Shown: in pieces, positions 50,915-63,800 of the stretch | Layout: each line of letters begins with the position of its first letter | How positions within the stretch are numbered: the stretch's first letter is position 1 | NCBI GenBank assembly: GCA_040357565.1 | Contig: JBDODJ010000022.1 | Direction: 5' to 3' (one strand) | Source of the DNA: Cercozoa sp. M6MM | Taxonomy: Eukaryota; Protista; Endomyxa: Ascetosporea | Length of the DNA: 64,000 nt | Translations under genes and position numbers: made by a program | The notes under the pieces: generated by a model | What the model was told of the DNA's origin: nothing | Seen by the model: only the letters and a program-made list of their open reading frames with translations | Database searches by the model: none

Positions 50915-52889
50915 TTAGAGGAACGAAACAACAAGAACAGCATTGGCCACCCGTGCGTCGCGAAGGTTTGTGTCGCCTTGTGGGACCTGCACATACCCAG
51001 TCACAGCGGAGCTCAGTGAGACACTGCTCGTGTGTACCTGACGAGGCGGCATGGGCACTCGGAGGATAAAGTCGGCGTTCTGCTTGGCGTGCTCTGCTTG
51101 CTGCAACTCGTGCCGCACGTAGGCGTAGAGTGCTTGCACTGCACACGCACACAGGTCGGTAAACGAAGTGTGTCGATGCTAGATGTATCTGTGTACCAGT
51201 GTCGGAGAGATAGAAGCGTCGCTGTAGCATGGCACGATCCATGCGGAAGCGTACGGAGCAGGTGTTGGGCTCGCTTTCCTCCGGCTCCGGCGGCAGTATC
51301 CTGCTGCTTCCCAGCGGTACAAAAACACACGTACAAAGGTAGGTATGAGAAGTGAGTGAGTGTACCGTTTCTTCTCAGCAGGTTCATCGTCGACGAGATT
51401 AACGATAGAGCCGGTGTTATCCTCGTCATCCTCATCAACATGGTCTGTGTGTCTGTCGCTGCTGCCGGTGCTGTCTGTGGTGTCGGCAGCAACAGCTGTC
51501 GATCGCGGTCGCTTCGGCCGCAGCGACGGCGGGTCTGGGTGCTCGCGCAGGAACTTACGCAGGGCGCTGCACACATCCTCTTGTATTATTGTTTGTATTA
51601 TACTGTATCCTATAAAACCATATTATACCATATCATGTATTACCTATATTATTATTTATATATAAAATATCGGATATTGTATAAACGATAGCATATATAC
51701 ACAGACACACCTGCGCGTGGCCTTGGACTTGATGCGACCATTGCGCACATCGATCGGCAGCTGCGCCATCAATGCGCGTGTTATCGGGTCGAGTACCTAC
51801 AAATACCCCTCACTCAATGTATACACACAACTATGCGGAGTAATAAAAGCAAAAAGAGCGATACCACGAGGGTCGGAAACTTGCGCGGCAAACGGTAGTT
51901 GGCGAAGAAGACCTGCGCCTCGTGCGACTCGGAATCGCACTGCCACAGCAGCAGCTGCGTCAGCATCATGTCTGCGATAGCCTCATCCTTCCACAGGTCG
52001 CTATACAAGGTAAGGGGCTCAAGGAGTTGAAGAAGAAAAGAGGGGTTAAAGAATAAGACGTTTAAAGGGTGGTAGGGGTTAAAGGGGATAAAAACGAGCA
52101 AATGAGTGAAATACCGATTGACAGCGTGACAGTCGAAATCGGTGCCGTCCTGTAGATTCACCAGGAGCCACTTCTCTGCACCAGTGAGACCATAAAGCAA
52201 CACACCAAAACATAAGAGGATAAAAGGACACACCTTGATTCTGCGCCAGTGTACACGCCTCGTCCAGTGTACCCGAGAAGGCGAAATCCGGCGGAGCAAA
52301 CATGGCCTACACCGTGTGTACCAGTCAATCTATATATATATATATATATATATCTACAACAATATCGAAGCATGCAGTAGTACCATAAGGTTCCGTTCGC
52401 CGTTGCTTTTTGGATCTGCCCACTGCTGGCCGTACGACTCGATCGGACGACCTCGCTGTGTCGGTCCAAGCATACAGACAGTCAACAGGCAAAGAAAACC
52501 ACAGACGGTACAGGTAGGAAGGCGTCCTCCACGAGTTGCGTGTGCTGCGCCTGCCGAGGTGCCGGAACATGTGTTTCCGACTGCTGCTGAGTCTGCGGAG
52601 CTGCAGAAGCGTCGCCTGCACCAACTAGAGTGCACACAGCACACAAGAAAACACCAAGAAGCAGCACTCACCACCGAGAGAAAAGAACAGCTCGATCGCG
52701 CCCTCGAGACTCCTACTCAGCATACAGTGCAGTGGATACCCAGCATGCAGCACATCAAAATGCAGCAAATCACACGCGCTGCAGAAACAAAAGGCACCAA
52801 TTGGCCATCTCGAGGAACTGGAGCGACTTGGCGCTGTCGCACCCTGTCACATTGCAAAACTGTGCCACTAGGTCGTCTTTGGCGCTCAT
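50915..52889 (-). CDS. UBXN7: UBA-UAS-UBX protein (UBXN7/Ubx5/PUX7-like)
   Basis: UBA-like QFCNVTG..FLEMANWSLEGAIELFF; UAS MFAPP..KWLLVNLQD..FDCHAVNRDLW; UBX LPPEPE..RRFYLSDTVQALY. Confidence 0.85.
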
Positions 52890-53190
52890 TAACGTCCCCA
52901 GTAATCTGTTGCGCCAACACACACGCACTGTCAGTGCTCTGTAGCTCTATAATGCGCCAAATTCTGTGGAATGATCGAGTCCGAATGCCGAAATAAGAAT
53001 AAAAAATTCTGTTGTTGAAATTTAGTGTGCCTCGCGATTAGAGTCGCTTTTTTCTCCTTTTATAAACTTGGGTACGATTGTACACTCATCGTGAGAAAAA
53101 CTCGTCATTTCTGTTTTGTTTCTTCGACTCGAACAGCACAAAACAGTATTCATTTCCTGCTTTTTGTTACAGGAAGAGTCTGTTCCTGAA

Positions 53191-53695
53191 ATGCGAGAAA
53201 AGGGTCGCTTCGACTTGATATTTCTTCCCTACGTGCGGACTTGCACGGGACTGGGCGCCCTGTCCGGGCTGGCCACGATGTATGTTGCCATGTCGGACCC
53301 TGCGTATGCGGCATCAAGCTTGCTTCTGCGTGGCTCTGCCATGTTTGGAGGTGCAGCATTTGGTGCCTTCATCGGTACACTCACTTCAACGTATCTGAGT
53401 TGTATGTCCTATCTCTGCTTACTTTTCGTGTCACAGGCGGTGTCTGCGGTCAGTTCATTCTCGAGATCACGAGTACGCCGGGTCTGGTACAGCAGAGCAG
53501 CGCCTCAGCGTTTTAGACCTTGTTTGCAGAACCCCGAACCTAGCTTGTGCGTGTGTAAAATGTCAACAGGTGTTGAACTTTGTGTTGTCATCATGCGCTG
53601 TGCCGCTGGTGGCGCTTTTGGGACGAGCGCTCGGCATGTACGGCGATTCTGCCGGTGTTTCTACCGGGACCCCAGAACGAGATCTAGATCTGTGA
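53191..53695 (+). CDS. Small multi-pass membrane protein
   Basis: Three exons in frame with Gly/Ala-rich hydrophobic segments. Confidence 0.5.
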
Positions 53696-53903
53696 GCGGT
53701 ACAAGCGCAGTACAGTATGATCATGCGGACACTAGTCCGCGCCCAATCGCGATCGGCCGGCCGCCGCGGGCGGGTGTGACTTGACTTAAAGTAATGTAAA
53801 AACTAAATCGATCAAATCTAGTAGTTTTAATCAATACGGATGCTCCGTCGCTCCATTTTGCTCGACAGGAGGGCGAGGTTTGGCGTCTAAGTTACGCGAC
53901 AGT

Positions 53904-55395
53904 TTAATAAGCGAGGTTCGGGTAGCTGCCAGACGGGTGTGAGAGTTTGACCGCCGGCGCAGCGGTGCTGGAATCATCGCCCAGCAACTCGGACGCAGCG
54001 GCAGGTATGGTCGTAGTCGTAGAAGTCAAGGAGGAAGTGCTTCCGGTGGAGCTTCCGGTGGGTTCGTCGTGGTCGTCTTCGTCGTCGTCCTCGCCTGCTT
54101 CGCCGTCGGCGCAGCAGACGCAACCATTGTGCCCGTGAACGGCGAGGTCGCTAAGACTGCTGCCGGTACTGTGACTACTGGTTCGGTAGCCGCTGCTGTA
54201 GACACTGCTGCTGTAGCCACTGTGCGCACTTTGCGCACTTTGCTGACTAAGGAGACTGCTGCTGCTGCCGAACAGTGCAGCCGGTGGTGCTGACGGTTTC
54301 GGAGCTACCACACAATAAGTTCATACAGACATATCAAACAGACACGTTGTGTACCGACTGTGCTCGGGCTTTCCAAGTCGGTTTCGTTGGTACTTTCGTC
54401 GTCAGGCTCTTGCTATACAGAGGAAACAGGTCTTTGTAGACACTAGCTTCCTGGGAGAACAGCTACCGTGAACTCTTCGTCCTCGACATACAGCACGATG
54501 CCACGCTTCAGCGGACACGCCTCCTGCTGGTCCTCTCTGCACTCGTGTTCACACAAGCATACACACGTGCTACAACAACCATGGGTACAAACGAAAGCAA
54601 GGCTACACGATAGGACAGTTGAAGCGGTGCAGCATCGGTCGCACGATGCGTTTCAGCACATCTGCACAAAGAGCGAACTACTCAGATGAGCAAGTCCGCA
54701 GGTGAAACATACGGTCAGCGTGCGGCATCTCGATGCAATCCTGTTGCTGGAAGGTGTACTTGATCTTCCCTGCAACATGGACATGTGTCCACGACATTTA
54801 CAAGGGCAAGCACAGTACAAGAGTACGCCGGTTGACTACGAGTGTGTCCAGGTTGAGCTGCGGCAGGATCTCCGCGTCCAGAGTCGCTGCCAGTGAGCGC
54901 GACTCTCGTTGCCACCTGAGGAACGGTACACACAGTCGAAAGTACCTGGCTTGCGCGGAGATACTGCAACAAGGAAGAAGTTGGTACTGTTCTCGCGTGT
55001 AGTCGTTCATCAGACACCAGATTTGGCCCAGACGCTTGCGCTCGCGTATCTGCGGGCATGCACACATCGAGGTCGCAAAATAAACAAAAAGCTAACGTAC
55101 CAACTCGCGCATACAGCGTCGGCATTGGTTGCGGTACCTAGAGGCGTATTGGGTACACTCACAAGGACCACAGCGAGACCTCTGGGTACCAGACCAGATG
55201 TCTTCCGTACGAGCCGAAGCGTTGCGAGAGTTGCTCCTGCAGATCACATGTGAAAATCAACATCGGTAGGAAAGACAGAGGCAGGGAGGCCAGGTACCAC
55301 AAGGGCCAGCATTTGCTTGTCAGCTTCGACAATGCCGCGCGCGGAGTAGCCTCTGCGCATCTCCTCAGTGAACAGTGCCCACCACAAGAGCACAC

Positions 55396-55444
<49 letters not shown>

Positions 55445-56031
55445 GAGAGAGAGAGAGAAAGAGGGAGAGAGAGAGAGAGGGAGAGAGAGGGAGAGAGAGA
55501 GGGAGAGAGAGAGAGAAGGAGAGAGAGGGGGAGAGAGAGAGAGAGTACAGCAACTTTCGTCGGCGTCGTCCTTTGACGTTCGAAACCTACTCAGTCAGGT
55601 ATAAAAGGAGACAAACAGGAGATCGCTAATAGCTTACTTGTCTTGGTAGGCGACCCATCGAGTCCGGTGGCAGCTCGTCGCCCTCGCGTCCGCCGGCGTG
55701 CAGGTACTCGCGCAACTGCACACAAAACACCACTCACATATTCACAGCGTACATTTATGCGAGGAAAGACTGTGCACCTTGGTCTCCACGTTGAGACGAA
55801 GGCGACGTACTTGAACGTGCGGCAGACTGAGCTCTCTCTGCGAAAGACATGCTTAATTTGGAAGGATGTGCAAGAAGGATAGAGAGGTAGAAAGCTACAT
55901 TGAGCATGAGCGACTCGTGGAGACTGTGCAATTCGGAACTGCAGGCAAAAATCAACCAATACACCAACAAGACAAGGCACACAGCCAGTCACAGTGCTGA
56001 GAGATAGAGAGATAGAGAGATAGAGAGATAG

Positions 56032-56125
<94 letters not shown>

Positions 56126-58814
56126 CGTGTGTGTTACACGAAAGAAGGATCATCGACGGGCACTGCCGGTCGCAGCATCACGGCACAAGTCCACGTCGAG
56201 TCCGCCTGTCATACACACACATACGCGCTGATTGATCGGTCTCACATGGCAACACGACAAAGAAACCAACCGGCATCAGCAACCAGAACTCGACACGACG
56301 CGACTCAGTATTCAACACAATGCGCGTGTTGATCTACGCACATGTGTCAGTGTGACACAGCCAAACATTGTGCGGAACGGGGTACCACGATCGGCATACG
56401 GATCGACGCGCCCACTCCGATCAGGTTAGTGAGCAGCTTGACTCGCGCCTGTGGCTCCGTCTTCCATGCTACATACACAGGCAGTACTTTTCGTCGACAC
56501 AAGGACAAGAGGTTGTGGGAAGACGGAAGAAACTACACTGCCGATGCTCAAACATGGCCGACATGTCGGTGAGTGTTGATGCTTGCGACATCTGCGACAT
56601 TGACGGTTTCCGCACCTACCCCACAGAGTATGAGCATGGAAGTTCATCTTTAGAGATAGATATCCATAGCTATATCTTTATATACATATATATATATAAA
56701 TACGTATGTACAAGCTCGGATTCGCGCCGTGTTTGGTGCACTGCGATGACTTCAGATTCGCTTTTCTTATCTGTTTCTGTGCAGTGTCGTGGTACGAGGT
56801 GTGTCAGATACAAAATTGTCAAGTATACCAGACTTGCGCTTGGTGCGACAGTCGGCAAACAACGAGTTGCTGCGAGCGGCCTCGTAGTAGGCGAGAACGT
56901 CGCGTGCCAGGCGCATCGTTTCCTCCCTGGGTGGAGGACACGAAAGAGTTCCAAGCACGCCTACAGACAAGAAAGAGGTGGTACCGCTCCTCGCTCGGCA
57001 AGTTTGATTGGTGAACAGCTTGATTTACCAACGCCAACTGAGCAGAGCACAAGCACAGTAAACAGGCCAGATGTCAGTTCGCAACAATGTTACGTGCGAC
57101 GCAATGTCGTCCCGGTCGTCTTCGTCGACTTTGGGCGGCAGAATGAACTTGCGCATTCTCTGGTTCAGCGCTGAGGAAAGTCCAAATGGCAACAGATACA
57201 GCATATAGCACGACAGCAATAAGCACAATGTGTACCTTTGAGAGGGTTCCTGCAATGCGTTTGCGGTTGTCTGTCACACACACACACACACATACACACA
57301 CTTACACACACATCCATTTGATTCACAACAGGCGAGATGCCACAAGAAAGCAGTGCATACTCGGGTGCAAGCTCGGGATTGAAGGAAATGTGCGTCGCGA
57401 ACAATTGCGCGTACATCTTTAACTGGAAGTCTGCTCAAACATCGTATGCTTTGACGCTGAGAAAAGACACACACACACACACACATGAGACAGCTGGTGG
57501 TGTACCCTCAGGATCGAGGTGCTTGTGCAGATCAAGGAAGTTGCGCGTGCGTCGTTGGATCTGAACTTCCTCTGCTTCAAGCATCTCCTGTCACACAAAC
57601 ACACAGTAACACATAAAACCAAAGGCAACCAAAGACACGGACCACAAGGGCCGGCATGGTGTCGACACGTACGATGACACCGCTTGGGCCCACACAGACG
57701 CGCGGCTTTGCAACCTTGCCAACCTTGCCAACCAGGCTACATGCATACACACAAATAAGCGTACACGGGTGCTCTGGACCTGTACTAATAGTGCAACATA
57801 CTTGGAGCGACCGCAAAAGCCATTCGCGGTAATACATGGCGGTCCAGGCATAGGTACGCAGTCGTAAATCCCGGCCGGCATGTGTGTGTACCGAATGGCA
57901 ACGACATCGTCCGAAAACTGTCGTCTGGGCACTCTGTGTCCGACCAACAAAATTAGCATGCTTCTCATGCACGTATACAAAGGACAGTCATACTCGGCCT
58001 TGGCGCCTTCAATGCAATCGTCGCCTTCCGACGCTGATAATATCACTTGCTCAATGAGCAGGAGTTTTTGCGGTTTGTCTTCTACGAGAGTTTTTGGGGT
58101 CCAAACATGATCGAGACGAACGACACAAGGAAAGCGTACCAAGCGCGACACGTGCCAGTTCGATCGGCGTGCGACCAAGCGCGTTCGTGCAAGAGATATC
58201 GGCGCCTAGCGACCAGCACAGCAAGCGGCACAGTTTCACGTAGCTACAAGTATTGAAAGCACTTTCGCAGCAATGTAACTCTTCAGGCTAGCATTGGTTT
58301 AAACACACCCTCTTGAAGCCACGACATGCAACGCAGAGTCTCCTTCTAGCGAACGCCAGTTCTTCTGCTCGCCCAAAAGAGATGGAAGCCCAAACACACC
58401 ACAAGACACCAGCTCAGCTCCACAGCAACTTGCAAACCGATAAAAAGTACCACAAAGGACACAAGTCGATCGTGTCGCCACAGACCCTTCAGCAGCTCGG
58501 CAAACACATCGTCGCGTCCAAGATACACGCTCAAGATTGCAATGTTTTCACACGTATGCGGGTCCGCGCGGATGATCGTTCGCTAAATCACAAGTCAATA
58601 CAATAAACTAGGAGTTCAAGAAGGACCGAGAAGGTGGAAATGATACCAAAAGAGGCAACTGATCGGTCATGCTAGACCGCATGATCTTTTCGGCGAGCGT
58701 GCTTTTGACTTCGTCGCACGAAAGTGTTCCCGCCGCGCGTCTGACATCGCCGCGTGCTTCAACAAAACGCTTTAGGTCGTCCAAAGTGCTACACAAACAA
58801 GGACTCAGCTCCAT
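53904..58814 (-). CDS. Large ankyrin-repeat-containing protein (possibly more than one gene)
   Basis: GDSALHVVASRG..LCRLL..GADISCTNALGRTPIELA ankyrin pair, many short introns, S/acidic-rich last exon. Confidence 0.55.
55398..55545. repeat. (GA)n intronic microsatellite; a second lies at about 56000-56122
   Basis: Directly visible; (CT)n on the host sense strand. Confidence 0.95.
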
Positions 58815-59716
58815 CGAGAGACCGTACAGCTAAATGTACAGCTCGCCTCGCGCCGCACGATCGTGCACAACGCCGACAGCTTGCTGCGCTGTCTGCGCAC
58901 GTGAGAATGGTCAAACACAAACACACTGGATGAGAATGGTCAGATCAAGCAAAAGAAAAACGAAAAAAGAGGTCGATCGGATTCTGTGAAGATTCGAGCG
59001 CCAAAACGCACCGCAGTGGAGGTCGTGATGCCCATGCAAGCGTCGGCATTCCTACACACACCCGAAAGCGTTCGAATTTGCGGTCTCCTCCCTGCATCTG
59101 AACGCAGCCTTAATCGAGGAAAAACTGATACAGTAATGATCTGTGATCATCTTGCTCCCTGATCGCTGGAACATGCTGCAAGAAGATCAAAAGGTATGCT
59201 CAACCATGCACAGTGCCAGTAGGTGGGTTCTAGGTTGGTTTGCCGCAGGAGGCGAGAAAACTGCCTTGCCAGTGTCTGTTACATCACTTGTGCGACCGTT
59301 TCGACTTTGCATGTTGGCTATAGTCGTCTGTAGTGTACGAAATCTCAATAGTACACCAAGTAGTTTTTCTAACTATGATAGATATGGCAATCGGATGTGT
59401 TCGTCGTTCAGTCGCGACGCTAGAGGAGGTCATTGCGGATGGCCCCAGAGAGGATTTTAGTGACCTAATTGGACCCACTAAAGATACTCAGACGTGTGCA
59501 CACACTACAAGGAAGCGCTAGAGCAGCCGAGTAGATCGATAAGCAGCACGCACCGACCTGACGCGCAAGAAGCCGAAAGACGCCAGACAACCTCAGGTAT
59601 ACTCTAGTGGAAAACATGGCACGCGCTGGGCTTCTAAGGGCTCGCGTGTCATGGAAGACTTTTTGTTTGTGCTTGTTTATGTGTTTTTCGGCTTCCCAAC
59701 TTGTCATCAGATCATT

Positions 59717-60486
59717 GGCCTCACAGCCACCTCTGGCCTCACCGCCACCACTGGTCTCACCACCAACTCTGGCTTCACCGCCACCACTGGTTTCATCACC
59801 AACCCTGGCTTCACCGCCTCCTCTGGCCTCACCGCCACCACTGGTTTCACCACCAACCCTGGCTTCACCGCCACCACTGGTCTCACCACCAACTCTGGCT
59901 TCACCGCCACCACTGGTTTCACCACCAACTCTGGCCTCACCGCCACTACTGGTTTCACCACCAACGCTAGCCTCACCGCTGCACCTGGCTTAACCGCCTC
60001 CTTTCGGCCTGACGGCCCAACACGACCTTCGGGTCCATACTGGCGTATGCAAAATCGTCACCAATGGTTTCACCACCAAACGACTCCTTCGGGACTCCAC
60101 CGTTGGTATCTATACCAACCATGCCGGTTTAATACCCGCAAAGGCCTAACACCCAACGGCTTAACCGCCAACTTTCGCTTAATTGCCAACAACGGCCTCA
60201 GTGCCACCCCCCACTCTGGCCTCACCGCCACAACTGGTTTCACCACCAACTCTGGCTTCACCGCCACCACTGGTTTCATCACCAACCCTGGCTTCACCGC
60301 CACCACTAGTTTCATCGTTAATACTAACCTCACCATTACACCTGGCTTAATCGCCACCTTCGGCCTGACGGCCCAACATGACCCCCGAGTCCATATTGAC
60401 GTATGCAAAAACGCCACCAATGGTTTCACCACCAAACAACTCCTTCGGGACTCCACTGGTGGTAACTCTATCAACCACGCTCGTTT
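59717..60486 (+). repeat. 18-bp tandem arrays plus a ~146-bp direct repeat (59984-60130 / 60341-60486)
   Basis: Units GGCTTCACCGCCACCACT and GGTTTCACCACCAACCCT alternate; duplicated block aligned by eye. Confidence 0.92.
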
Positions 60487-60881
60487 TACAGCCAGCTCCA
60501 GCCACAGTGCACATCATTGCTTTACGGCAAGGGCCAGTGCCAACGGGCTTAGCGCCTCTTACAACCATGCTCGCTTCAAAGCCAGCAACGACGCAACACC
60601 CAACCCTGGCCCCAGTCTGATCAACGCCACTTTGCGTGAACTCTGTTTGATACGCCCAACTAGGAGCTTCTGCGACCAAGCGGCGCGGAGATTCCGCCAA
60701 CTACCCACCGAGTTCACAGCAACAATGACACAATCTAAACAACACCTCGATGAGCAACTAACGTCGCTTGCACCCACTAAAAACCAACGAATCTTTAAAC
60801 CAACCAGACGAGAACCCTATGGATCAAACCCGCCAACTAGGCACAACCTCCAAAACCACTACCAAAAATACAACCCAAGTG

Positions 60882-63800
60882 ATGGTTAGAATAGGAGAAA
60901 AACGAAACAGAGCCTTGGCTGATATACAAGGAGCAGAGAGCGTAAACAACCGCAATAAAAAGAACAAGACACGCAGAGAATATCAGAGAAGAGAGACCCA
61001 AACGACGAGATCGAGATTGGAATAGAAACCTATGAGAGTGATGACAACAATGACAACAATCGTCACATTGATGAGATAGTTATACCCGACATGAGGGAAA
61101 TAGGCCTAGAAGCATACATGATAGAACAAGAGGAAATCCAGGAACCTGAGACAGGACAGAAACGAATAAAAGAACTGTACGAACGCGCAGACAAACGAGT
61201 TAAGCACAGGTGCACCGCAAGACGCACACTCAACGGGGCAACGATACAGCAGGCCTTCAGGCGGGCAAAGATCGGGGCCCTACAGAACCACGCTGAAAGA
61301 AGTACGAAACTACGCATCCTACACCAAAACGTGAACACCTTCAACAAGGAAAAACAACAAGAACTATTGAGCAGCATATACTGCCTACAACCCGAAGAAA
61401 GGCCGGACATCGTATGCTTAAGTGAAACCAGACACAACAACCCACCGCAAAGACTAAACGAATACGCACTGGTCGCCTCCATCGCGCCAAAACTATCCAA
61501 AGAAGACAACAAGACCGAGAAGGCACACTGATATACAGCAAACACAAAGCACTGCTACACATTGTTGGTGTCTGGAACCCAGAAACATCCTCGTACATCC
61601 ACCTAAGAGTGGGACAACATAAGAGAACGAGATTCCATCTATGGTACGCTTACATCCACCCAACCGACAGAAACTGCAAGGAACAAATGCAGCAACTGAC
61701 AACTGACTTCAAGGAATTCCACAGCAGAACACAGGAGCCTGGTCTCATTCTTGGCGACCTCAATGCAAAGCACGCCAAGTGGTGTGCACATACCAGAGAT
61801 CAAGCTGGATACTCCCAGGAACACGTAGACAACGGTACAACGAGAATCACATCAGCGCGGGCGAACAAGCAAGGCATTGCCCTACAAGAAGCAATAGCTG
61901 AAAATGACTGGGAGATACTCAACAAGTACACTCCAACCCACAGCTACAGAGTCCGAGGAGAGGCAGAGGCCAAGCCCAGAACAACGATAGACCTCGCGAT
62001 AGCTGACAGTGTCATCTCAGCACAATCTACAATATCGGTCTACGATCACCTGCACTTCCTATGCAGCGACCACCACGCGGTTATGATCACAGTAGAACGA
62101 GCAGTGCGTAAACCAAAACACACCATACGGAGAAAGAACTACAAGAAGATAGATCTCCAAAAATACAAAGAACATGAATCGATTCGACTGCTATCACAAG
62201 AGAGAGATGTGGACAACATCGAGCAAATCAATGACACAGTCGAAGACATCACCAAAGCCATGCAGGAAGCCATAGAAGAGGCAACACCCACCAAAATAAT
62301 CACCCAACACTCTTGCCTAGGCATATCGGTCGACTCGATAAAAATCAAGAGGAACACATATAGCACCATGAAACTCATTAAGGAACTGAAAAACAAAAAT
62401 GAAGATGCGTCTGAACTCGAAGCACTCCTCAAAAACATGAGAAAACAACTTAGACAAAGCCTTCGCATTGATAGACAAGAACTATGGCAGGAGAGAGTGG
62501 CCAGACTAAACGCACACACAACAATCGGGGAGACCACTCGACTACTGAGAAACATCAATGACAGAGAAACAAATGGCGCTACCAGAGCCTCAACAATTGA
62601 GGGTGCCTCAGAAGACAAAGCCATCGCAGAGATCTTCGCAGAACACTTACAAAAGAAAACCACACTAGACTGGTCCCAATTTGCAATGAACAATGAAGTA
62701 CTCGGAGAGAACAGATTTGCACAACAACACCAAGAGGTGTTACAACAGGCAGCACAACTGCAACAAGCACCAAAACTATGGACAATGGACGAACTGGAAG
62801 CTGCAATCAACACTCTCCCGCCATTCAAGGCACCTGGCAGAGACAAAATCATGAACCACCACATCATACACCTACCAGATGAGGCCAAACAACTGCTACT
62901 GAAGGTCTACAATGCCTGTCTCACACATGGGTACTTCCCGAAGGCATGGAAACATGCAACTATAGTGATGCTACCCAAGCCTGGCAAGGACTGTACAAAG
63001 GCAGCTTCCTACCGACCCATCTCGCTGCTGCCGTGCCTCGGCAAGCTACTGGACAAACTCATGAACGAGAGAGCATCCCAACAAATGAACACACAGTATG
63101 TATCCAAGTACCAATCTGGGTGGAAACAACACATGCCAACGCTAGACACACTGGCTTACATACAACAAGGCAGAAATGGCAAAGAGAGCAGGAGAGTACA
63201 TGACAGTCATTAGTCTAGACATCAAAGGCTTCTTCGACAAGCTCCACAAAGAGGGCGCGATCATTGCCCTGTCCAAACATGTGAATGGCAAAGAACTGCT
63301 ACTCATGGAGTCCTTCCTCTCAGACAGAACTATCTCGGTGAGAAGAAACGACACAGAATCAACAGACAAACAAGTCAACGGCAGTACTCCCCAAGGAGCC
63401 ATCTGCAGCCCTCTACTCGCAAAGACCTTCCTCGATGACATGCACATACAACTGCAAAGAACAGGAGAACACATGAAACGACACCCCCGAAACTATAAAA
63501 TTAAAGGAGCAGTAACCACTGCACACAGTGTTGGATACGCCGATGACTCATACGTCATAGTAAGGACAACAAAGAGATCAGACATGCAGGAAGCGTGTAG
63601 GCGCCTCCTGGACACAGCCACCACCTGGGCAAAACGCAACGGCATGGAATTTGCACCCACAAAGACTCAGTTCATCCAACTGGGAACGAAGACAATCAGA
63701 GACCTCAAAATCAGAATGAAAACACTGTCCCACGACAACGAGAGAGAAGACATCGGGCAAGTAGACAAAATGAGAATCTTAGGTCTCCTCATAGACAGAA

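Noticed and set aside
4960-58300. Introner-type mobile introns
   Set aside because: No near-identical intron pairs, terminal inverted repeats or target-site duplications were seen; introns share only low-complexity motifs
59717-60310. CRISPR-like array
   Set aside because: Units are contiguous with no unique spacers, there are no cas genes, and the context is eukaryotic
61480-61531. Programmed ribosomal frameshift in the LINE
   Set aside because: Shifts fall inside APE and RT domains, go in both directions and lack a clear slippery heptamer; decay or assembly error is simpler
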